Source: Candidatus Krumholzibacteriia bacterium | GTDB lineage: Bacteria; Krumholzibacteriota; Krumholzibacteriia; LZORAL124-64-63 | DNA length: 23,070 nucleotides | NCBI GenBank assembly: GCA_046484865.1 | Contig: JAWOID010000148.1 | Location: forward strand, 1 to 23,070 | Reading direction: 5' to 3' | Shown here: positions 10,677 to 17,966 of the stretch, in pieces | Position numbering within the stretch: position 1 is the first letter of the stretch | How the letters are laid out: the number at the start of each line of letters is the position of its first letter | The notes under the pieces: model-generated | Seen by the model: only the letters and a program-made list of their open reading frames with translations | Databases searched by the model: none | What the model was told of the DNA's origin: nothing | Made by a program: the position numbers and the translations under genes

Positions 10677-11909
10677 TCAGAGGACGTGATCAAGAGCATT
10701 CACGACGCGCTCCATGTCCTCGACGGTGTTGTAATGAACGAAGCTCACCCGCACCACGCCGTCCGCCGGATCGAGTCCGAGCGCACGACAGAGTCGCCAG
10801 GCGTACATGTTGCCGTTGCGCACCGCGATGCCGCTCTGTTGCAGCGACGCCGCGATCGCGCGGGAGGCGAGCCGCTCGTGCACGAAGCTCACGGTGCCCA
10901 CCCGATCGGCCCCGGCCGACGGGCTGCCGATGACGCGCACGGCGGGCTCGTGCGCGAGACGATCGAGCAGCCGCTCGAGCAGCGGCCGTTCCCAGCCGGG
11001 GAACCGGTCGAAGGCGGCCACCACCGTCTCCCGCTCGCGCCCGCGGGCCGCTTCGACGCCGGCGACCAGCGCCAGGTAGTCGCCCAGCGCCAGCAGCCCC
11101 GCGCAGGCCTCGTGGCTCGGACCGCCGGGTTCGAAGTAGTAGGCGCCCTCGTCTCGGGTGACGAAGAAGTGGTTCGGCCCCGGGAGCTCGGCGAGAGCGT
11201 CGTCCCGGCCGTAGAGCACGGCCAGGTGGGGGCCGTAGACCTTGTAGGCGGAGTAGGCGTACCAGTCCACGTCCCAGGCGTCGACGTCCGGCGCGTGGTG
11301 GGGTGCGTAGGCCACGCCGTCGGCCACGACGCGTGCTCCGACCGCGTGGGCGGCCCGTACGACGGCTCCGAGATCGGCCACCTCGCCGACGAGGTTCGAG
11401 ACATGGGGCAACGCCACCAGGGCCGTGCGCTCGGAGAGCAGGTCGGCCAGGCCGTCCATCGTGCAGGTGGCGGTCTCCGGGTCCACGCGCCACCAGCGCA
11501 CCACGACGCCTCGGTCTTGCAGACGGTCCCAGCAGCCGAGGTTCGCCTCGTGACCGTTCTCGGCCAGGATGATCTCGGCGCCGGCGGGCAGCACCCGGGC
11601 GTAGCAGTCGGCGAGCATGCCCAGCAACGCCGTGGTGGAGGGGCCCAGGATGGCCTCGCCCCGGCGCGCGTTCAGGAACGCACGGGCGAAGGCGTGGGCA
11701 TCGGCCACGGTGGTCGTGCAGATGTCCGAAAGCGGGTAGCCGGCGCCGACCTGGACGTACGTCTCGCGGAGGTATCGGTGCACGGCGTCGGCCACGCAGG
11801 CGGGCACCTGCGATCCGCCGGCGTTCTCCATGAAGACGAGATCCGCGGCGAGAGCAGGGAACTCGGCGCGGACCCGGCGCTGGCCGGGCAGCGGCGGCAA
11901 GGACTCCAT
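10677..11909 (-). CDS. Class V PLP-dependent enzyme, cysteine desulfurase-like (VC1184/Rv3778c-type subfamily)
   Basis: FMENAGGSQVP, HEAN, DGVAYAPH, SAYKVYGPH (PLP Lys), RVSFVHYNT. RNGNMYA stands where SufS has RxGHHCA. RBS GGGAG before ATG 11909. Confidence 0.88.
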   Translation of the reverse strand: MESLPPLPGQRRVRAEFPALAADLVFMENAGGSQVPACVADAVHRYLRETYVQVGAGYPLSDICTTTVADAHAFARAFLNARRGEAILGPSTTALLGMLADCYARVLPAGAEIILAENGHEANLGCWDRLQDRGVVVRWWRVDPETATCTMDGLADLLSERTALVALPHVSNLVGEVADLGAVVRAAHAVGARVVADGVAYAPHHAPDVDAWDVDWYAYSAYKVYGPHLAVLYGRDDALAELPGPNHFFVTRDEGAYYFEPGGPSHEACAGLLALGDYLALVAGVEAARGRERETVVAAFDRFPGWERPLLERLLDRLAHEPAVRVIGSPSAGADRVGTVSFVHERLASRAIAASLQQSGIAVRNGNMYAWRLCRALGLDPADGVVRVSFVHYNTVEDMERVVNALDHVL

Positions 11910-11934
11910 GCGGTCTCCCGGTTGGCGGCCCGGA

Positions 11935-12525
11935 CTAGGCCGAGGCGGCGCTCTCCGTTTGCGTGACGATCGCACCGGCCTCGCGCATCTCCTCGATGGC
12001 GCGGCGCCCGTTCTCCGGGTCCACCGGCCGCGTGGCGTCCGCGAGCAGCATGACGGTGAAGCCGAGCCGCAGCGCATCGAGCACCGACGCGCGCACGCAG
12101 ACGTCCTGGGTCAGGCCTCCCACCCACAGCCGCCGCACGCCGTCCTGGCGCAGACGGGCGCCCAGGCCCGTCTGATCGAAGGCCGAGTACTGGTCCTGGT
12201 CGAGGCGGACGCCCTTGATGACGGGCACCGTGTCGGGCGGCAGTTCGAGGTCGGGATGGTAGGCCGCTCCAGGAGACTCCTGGAGGCAGTGCGGCGGCCA
12301 CTCGCCGCCCCGTTCACGGAAGCTCTGGTGCTGCGGTGGATGCCAGTCGCGCGCCGCGTACACCGGCACTCCGCGCTCCCGGGCCGCCGCCAGCCAGCGG
12401 TTGAGCACCGGGACCACCTGGTCGCCCTCCGCAACCGGCAGTGCGCCGCCGGGACAGAAATCCACCTGCGTATCCAGGACGAGGACCGCATCGCCCGGCT
12501 GCAGGTCGTGCTGGGGAACCGCCAC
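11935..12525 (-). CDS. pncA: Nicotinamidase/pyrazinamidase (isochorismatase family)
   Basis: [30 protein letters not shown]...YSAF and DVCV give the Asp-Lys-Cys triad and metal ligands. GTG start behind GGGAGG. Confidence 0.92.
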   Translation of the reverse strand: MAVPQHDLQPGDAVLVLDTQVDFCPGGALPVAEGDQVVPVLNRWLAAARERGVPVYAARDWHPPQHQSFRERGGEWPPHCLQESPGAAYHPDLELPPDTVPVIKGVRLDQDQYSAFDQTGLGARLRQDGVRRLWVGGLTQDVCVRASVLDALRLGFTVMLLADATRPVDPENGRRAIEEMREAGAIVTQTESAASA

Positions 12526-12644
12526 TGCCCGACCTCCCGCTTTCGATATCGCGCATGCTGACTTACGATGCCACGGGGCACCGACAGCTTAGACGGTGCC
12601 GCTGGATGTGGCCAGACAGGATTGGCCTGCAGGAGGTTTCGCGG

Positions 12645-14189
12645 ATGATGCGATCCGGCCGCCCCCTCAGCGAGGGATTCCTGTTCACCGACCAGTACCA
12701 GCTCACCATGGCGCAGCTCTACTTCCGCATGGGCTGGCAGGACCGGCCGGCTCTGTTCGAGCACTTCTTCCGCAGCTATCCCGACTACGGGAGTCACCAG
12801 GCCGGCTACTGCGTGAACGCCGGGCTCGCCTGGCTGCTGGACTGGATGGAGAGCGTCCGCTGCGGAGACGCCGAGATCGCGGCCCTGCGCGGCCAGCGCG
12901 GGCGGACGGGGGCGCCGCTGTTCGCCGACGACTTCCTGTCCTGGCTGCGCGAGCACGGCGATTTCGCCGCGGTGAGCATGCGAGCCATACCCGAGGGACG
13001 CGTCGTGCACCCGGGCGTCCCGCTCACGACCGTGCAGGCGCCCCTGCCGCTGGCGCAGATCCTCGAGTCGCCGCTGCTCGCCATCCTCAACTACCAGATC
13101 CTGATCGCCACGCGCGCCGCGCGCATGAAGGAAGCGGGCGGCGGACGCACCCTGCTGGAGTTCGGGATGCGGCGCGGGCATGGCATCGGCGTGAACGCCG
13201 GCGCACGGGCCGCCCTCATCGGAGGCGCCGATTTCACTTCGAACGTGGGGATCAGCCACGAGCTGGGACTGCCGCCCCAGGGCACCCATGCCCACAGCCT
13301 GGTGCAGGTGTTCCTGGGGCTGGGGATGAGCGAGCTGGATGCCTTCCGGGCCTTCGCGGAGCTCTACCCGGACGATTGCGTGCTGCTGGTGGACACGGTG
13401 AACACGCTGCAGAGCGGGGTCCCCAACGCCATCCGCGTCTTCGAGGAGTTGCGCCGGCGCGGCCACCGGCCGCTCGGCATCCGCCTCGACAGCGGCGATC
13501 TGGCGTACCTCGGCCGGCAGGCGGCGCGCCAGCTCGACGCGGCGGGCTTCACCGACGTCGCCATCGTCCTCTCCAACCAGCTCGACGAGCCCACGCTGGT
13601 GCAGATCCTCGGGCAGATCCGCGAGGAGTGCGCGGCGGCGGGCGAGGATCCCGGTCCGCTGCTCGAGCGGCTGGTCTACGGCATCGGTACGCGGCTGATC
13701 GTCTCCGAGGGACACGCGGCGCTCGACGGCGTCTACAAGCTGGTCGCTGTCCGCGAGGGAGCCCGCTGGTCACCCGCGCTCAAGATCTCCGAGAACCCGG
13801 CCAAGGTGCTGAACCCGGGCGAGAAGGACGTCTGGCGGCTGTACGATCGACGCGGGAAGGCCACCGCCGACGTGCTGACAGCCGCCGGCGAGCACCCGCT
13901 GGCGGCCGATCCCCTGGTGCTGCACCACGCGGGCGTGGAAGGCGTGGGGCGGTCGCTGGCGGCCGCGGAGGTGGCGTCGGCGGAGCCGCTGCTCGAGGAC
14001 GTGCTGCGCGATGGGCGCCGCGTGGCCGACCTGCCGGACATGACCGCCCTGCGCGAACGGGTGCGCCTGGACCTGGAGCGGCTCGATCCCGGCGTGCGCC
14101 GGCTCGTGAATCCCCATACCTATCACGTCTCGATCACCGACCGTCTCTGGCGTCTGAAGCGGGAACTGGTCGCACGTTTGCGCCGCTGA
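12645..14189 (+). CDS. pncB: Nicotinate phosphoribosyltransferase
   Basis: [28 protein letters not shown] (phospho-His), [35 protein letters not shown] at 12631-12636 before ATG 12645. Confidence 0.95.
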   Translation: MMRSGRPLSEGFLFTDQYQLTMAQLYFRMGWQDRPALFEHFFRSYPDYGSHQAGYCVNAGLAWLLDWMESVRCGDAEIAALRGQRGRTGAPLFADDFLSWLREHGDFAAVSMRAIPEGRVVHPGVPLTTVQAPLPLAQILESPLLAILNYQILIATRAARMKEAGGGRTLLEFGMRRGHGIGVNAGARAALIGGADFTSNVGISHELGLPPQGTHAHSLVQVFLGLGMSELDAFRAFAELYPDDCVLLVDTVNTLQSGVPNAIRVFEELRRRGHRPLGIRLDSGDLAYLGRQAARQLDAAGFTDVAIVLSNQLDEPTLVQILGQIREECAAAGEDPGPLLERLVYGIGTRLIVSEGHAALDGVYKLVAVREGARWSPALKISENPAKVLNPGEKDVWRLYDRRGKATADVLTAAGEHPLAADPLVLHHAGVEGVGRSLAAAEVASAEPLLEDVLRDGRRVADLPDMTALRERVRLDLERLDPGVRRLVNPHTYHVSITDRLWRLKRELVARLRR

Positions 14190-14216
14190 ATGTCGCCGGG
14201 ACCACCCTCGCTCCTG

Positions 14217-14259
14217 TTCATCTGCGTCAGGTGCGTAGCCCGCCGGTCGGCGATATGTT
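14217..14259 (+). promoter_or_regulatory. Candidate FNR/CRP-family box with a -10 element (class II geometry) upstream of the DUF2231 gene
   Basis: TTCAT-CTGC-GTCAG matches TTGAY-N4-RTCAA at 8/10. TATGTT at 14254-14259 places the box centre at about -42.5. Confidence 0.4.
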
Positions 14260-14359
14260 GCCCTGGGGCCGTCACCAGCCACCGGGCCGGTCCGTCCCCG
14301 GCGGTGAGCGCGCCGGCGACGACATGAACCGGGATCCGGGGAACCTCAGGAGGTCGTTC

Positions 14360-14890
14360 ATGGCGCAAGAGCAGTCGGCTCACGAGCAGACCGGACACGG
14401 GGGCCGGACCTTCGCGCAGGCGGGAATACCCTCGCGCGCGGCCATCGCCGGCCACCCCATCCATCCCATGCTCATCCCCTTGCCTCTCGGGCTGCTGACC
14501 ATGGTGCCCTTCTCGGACGTGGTCTTCCTCGTCTCCCGCGACCCCTTCTGGGCGCAGGCGAGCTGGTGGCTGCTGCTCGTGGGCGGGGTGACGGCGGTGG
14601 TCGCTGCCGGCGTAGGGCTGATGGATTTCGTCGGCATCCGTGCGGTGCGCGAACATCGCCACGGCTGGTTCCACATGCTCGGCAACGTGCTGGCCGTGGC
14701 GGTCACGCTGGCGAACCTGCTGGTGCGGGACGGACCGCGGGCCGAGACCGCGGGCGCCGTCGGCGTGATCCTCTCGTTCGCCACGCTGGGCATCCTGGTC
14801 TTCAGCGGCTGGTCCGGCGGCGAACTCGTATACCGGCACCGCATCGGAGTGCTCGACCACGCTTCGGCCCAGCGACACGGCGGCGGTTGA
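14360..14890 (+). CDS. DUF2231-family four-helix membrane protein
   Basis: AIAGHPIHPMLIPLP, AGVGLMDF, HMLGN, SGWSGGELVYRHRIGV. RBS AGGAGG before ATG 14360. It is the 3' part of track ORF 12596..14890. Confidence 0.88.
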   Translation: MAQEQSAHEQTGHGGRTFAQAGIPSRAAIAGHPIHPMLIPLPLGLLTMVPFSDVVFLVSRDPFWAQASWWLLLVGGVTAVVAAGVGLMDFVGIRAVREHRHGWFHMLGNVLAVAVTLANLLVRDGPRAETAGAVGVILSFATLGILVFSGWSGGELVYRHRIGVLDHASAQRHGGG

Positions 14891-14922
14891 TCCGCAGCAT
14901 GCCCGGCCGCGGCCGGACGTGA

Positions 14923-17781
14923 TCACGTCCGACGGCGGGCCTCCCGTCGTCCCGCCAGTCCCAGGTAGATCTGCCCGCCCGCCACGGGGACCAGACTCAT
15001 GCCCAGGATCACGCCCCATCCGGCGGAGGTCGGCGGCGTGGTCCGCAGCACGGCCGCGAGGAACGGCACGTAGACGGCCGCGAGCAGCAGCACGATGCAC
15101 AGCGCGATGGCGCCCCAGATCCACGGATTGCGCACGATGTCGTTGTCGAGCAGCGAGGTGCGCCGTTCGCGGAGGTTCAAGGGGAACCACAGCTTGGAAA
15201 ACGCCAGGGTGAGGAACGAGATGGTCACCGCCGCGCGCTGGTCGAGGCCGAGGACCGCCAGCGCGATGGCGAGCGCGCCCAGCATGGTCCCACCCACGAC
15301 CACGGCCCAGATCAGCACCGCCAGCCAGTGTCGCCGCGTGAGCACGGGCTCGGCGCGGGGACGCGGCGGTTCCTGCATGATGCGTGGGTCGCCTTCGCCG
15401 AGGCCGAGCGCCAGCGCAGGGAAGACGTCGGTCACCACGTTGAGGTACAGGATCTGCAGCGGCAGCAGCGGCAGGGGCGCCTGCGCCAGGGTGGCGGCGG
15501 TGATGGCGAGGATCTCCGCCACGTTCGTGCAGAGCATGAACATCACCGAGCGGCGGATGTTGGCGAAGATGATCCGCCCCTGCTGCACCGCCGCCACGAT
15601 GGAGCTGAAGGCATCGTCCCGCAGCACCATGTCGGACACCTGACGGGCCGCGTCCGTGCCGCGCCGACCCATGGCGATGCCGATGTCGGCCTTCTTCAGC
15701 GCGGGGGCGTCGTTCACGCCGTCGCCGGTCATGGCCACGGTTCGGCCGTCGTCCTGGTAGATGCTCAGGATCTGCAGCTTCTGCTCGGGGCTCACCCGGG
15801 CGAAGACGTTGGCCGCGAGGATCTCCCGGCGGCGCTCGTCGGAGACGTCGGCGAGGTCTCCGAGATCGCGGGCATGCAAGACCGTGAGTACCCCGTCCTC
15901 CTCGGGCAGCCCCGTGTGCTCGCCGATGGCGGCGGCGGTCGCTGGCTGGTCGCCGGTGAGCATGATGACGCGGATGCCGGCCTCCTGGCAGCGGTCGATC
16001 GCCTCGCGCACGTCGCCGCGGGCGGGGTCGAGCAGGCCCGCGAGCCCGAGGAAGCGCAGCTCGGTGTAGGGCTCGGCGTCCGCTCCGGACACCTGCTTGT
16101 CGGCCAGCGCGAGCATGCGCAAGCCCTCCCCGGCCAGCTCCTGCTGGCGCCCGGACCAGTGGCGGCGGTCGTCGTCGGTGAAGTCCGCATCGCCGTCGGC
16201 GCCGGCAACGCGCGTGCAGGCCTCCAGCACCCGGTCGGGTGCCCCCTTCACGGCCACAGTGAACGGCCCGGCGGCTGCGTCGGTCTCGCCGGCGCCCTCC
16301 CGGCCGGTGTCGGAGATGCGGTGGAACGTGGCCATCATCATCACGTCGGGGTCGAACTCCGCCACCCGCTCCTGGGGCCGGTCGTGCAGCATTTCGGTGC
16401 GCTGCAGGCCCGCGGCCAGGCCGCCATAGAGGAACGCCAGCTCGGTGGGATCTCCCTGGTCGTCCTCCTCGGCGTCCGGATCGTCGCCCAGCGAGGCACC
16501 GTTGCAGAGGACTCCCACCTCGATGATCCGGCGGACCAGCGGATCGTCGGGAATGCCGCCGTCCGCACCGGCGTCGTGGTCGGGGTGGCCGGCGTCGCGG
16601 CGGTGACCTGCGCCGTCGGGGTGGCCGGCCGGATCGCGACGACCGTCGGGGGGGGCTCCGTCCCGGTCCGGTGCCGGCGGTGCCGCCGCATCGCCCAGGT
16701 CGTGGTCGCCCGTCGGCGTGACGATCCGGCGCAGGATCATGCGGTTCTCGGTGAGAGTGCCGGTCTTGTCGGTGAAGATGACGGAGGTGGCGCCCAGGGT
16801 CTCGACGGCCGTGAGCCGGTTCACCACCGCGTTGCGCCGCGCCATGTGCCACATGCCGCGCGCCAGGGCGATGGTGGCCACGATGGGCAGACCCTCGGGA
16901 ATGGCGGCCACGCCCAGAGCGATGGCCGTCTCCAGCATGATCCGGGTATCCCGTCCGGCGAGCAGACCGGCGGCGGCCACGCCGACGGCCACGCCGAGGA
17001 CGATCCACGCCAGCCGACTTCCCAGGCGATCCAGGCGCTGCTGCAGGGGTGCCGTCGCCCCGCCGGCCGTTGCCGCGAGCTCGGAGATCCGGCCGAGTTC
17101 CGTCTGCATCCCGGTGCGTACGACCACCGCGACGGCCTCGCCATCGGTCACGCTGGTGCCCCGGAAGAGCAGGTTGCAGCGGTCTGCCACGGGAGCGTCG
17201 GCCTCCACCGGATCCACCGTCTTCGGTGCCGGCACCGACTCTCCGGTGAGAGCCGCCTCGTTCACGCGCAGGCGCTCCACGTCCACCAGCCGCAGATCCG
17301 CGGGCACCAGTTCCCCGCCGGCGATCTCCACGAGATCGCCAGGCACCAGTTCGTCGGCGGCCACCTCGCGAACCTCGCCCTCGCGCCGCACCCGCACCGT
17401 GGGCTGCTCGAGTACCCGCAGGGACTGCATCGAGCGCTCGGCCTTCCACTCGCTGAAGAAGCCGATGGCGGCGTTCACCGCCAGCACCGCGGCGATGGCC
17501 GCGGCCTCGGGGATCTCGCCCATCACCAGCGCGAGGACGCCGGCCACGAGCAGGATGATGATGACCACGCTCTTGAACTGCTCGATCAGGATGGAGGCCA
17601 CGCTGCGGGTTTCGGCCTCGCGCAGCGCGTTCAGACCATGCTCGCGACGGCGGCGGTCCACCTCGGCTCGATCCAGGCCGCGCTCGGGGTCCACCTGCAG
17701 GCGCTCCAGGACCTCAGCCGCCGTGAGGGCGTGAAAGTCGGCAGGATCGACAGCGGCCGTGCCAGGTTCACCCGCGTCCAT
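14923..17781 (-). CDS. P-type cation-transporting ATPase, PIIA (Ca2+-ATPase, PacL/CtpF-like)
   Basis: LTGES, IPEGL, DKTGTLT, KGAP, MLTGD, TGDGVNDAPAL; M5 TNVAE; M6 LNVVTD; RBS GGGAGG. Confidence 0.95.
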   Translation of the reverse strand: MDAGEPGTAAVDPADFHALTAAEVLERLQVDPERGLDRAEVDRRRREHGLNALREAETRSVASILIEQFKSVVIIILLVAGVLALVMGEIPEAAAIAAVLAVNAAIGFFSEWKAERSMQSLRVLEQPTVRVRREGEVREVAADELVPGDLVEIAGGELVPADLRLVDVERLRVNEAALTGESVPAPKTVDPVEADAPVADRCNLLFRGTSVTDGEAVAVVVRTGMQTELGRISELAATAGGATAPLQQRLDRLGSRLAWIVLGVAVGVAAAGLLAGRDTRIMLETAIALGVAAIPEGLPIVATIALARGMWHMARRNAVVNRLTAVETLGATSVIFTDKTGTLTENRMILRRIVTPTGDHDLGDAAAPPAPDRDGAPPDGRRDPAGHPDGAGHRRDAGHPDHDAGADGGIPDDPLVRRIIEVGVLCNGASLGDDPDAEEDDQGDPTELAFLYGGLAAGLQRTEMLHDRPQERVAEFDPDVMMMATFHRISDTGREGAGETDAAAGPFTVAVKGAPDRVLEACTRVAGADGDADFTDDDRRHWSGRQQELAGEGLRMLALADKQVSGADAEPYTELRFLGLAGLLDPARGDVREAIDRCQEAGIRVIMLTGDQPATAAAIGEHTGLPEEDGVLTVLHARDLGDLADVSDERRREILAANVFARVSPEQKLQILSIYQDDGRTVAMTGDGVNDAPALKKADIGIAMGRRGTDAARQVSDMVLRDDAFSSIVAAVQQGRIIFANIRRSVMFMLCTNVAEILAITAATLAQAPLPLLPLQILYLNVVTDVFPALALGLGEGDPRIMQEPPRPRAEPVLTRRHWLAVLIWAVVVGGTMLGALAIALAVLGLDQRAAVTISFLTLAFSKLWFPLNLRERRTSLLDNDIVRNPWIWGAIALCIVLLLAAVYVPFLAAVLRTTPPTSAGWGVILGMSLVPVAGGQIYLGLAGRREARRRT

Positions 17782-17843
17782 CAGGCCTCCCGGGCGGCGC
17801 TACGCTCGCGACCGGCTCCGGCCGACCAGCGGGCGACCACGTA

Positions 17844-17877
17844 CGGGGGATGGCTGTCTCGACGACGCCATCCCCCG
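17844..17877. terminator. 11-bp perfect hairpin between the repeat-protein gene and the ATPase gene
   Basis: CGGGGGATGGC (17844-17854) pairs with GCCATCCCCCG (17867-17877). No U-tract. Confidence 0.5.
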
Positions 17878-17886
17878 GCTTCAGGC

Positions 17887-17952
17887 TCGCGATGTCGCGA
17901 ACTCGCGATGACGTGCACGCGGCCGTGCACGCGCGGAACTCGTCGCGCGACG
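17887..17952. repeat. Cluster of tandem short palindromes
   Basis: TCGCGA three times at 8-bp period (17887, 17895, 17903); CGTGCACGCG twice at 12-bp period (17912, 17924); palindrome CGTCGCGCGACG at 17941-17952. Confidence 0.75.
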
Positions 17953-17966
17953 CTCGCAACTCGGAC

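Noticed and set aside
12596..14359. Apparent 764-aa fusion ending in DUF2231
   Set aside because: The upstream part is an off-frame shadow of pncB. DUF2231 has its own AGGAGG RBS and ATG at 14360.
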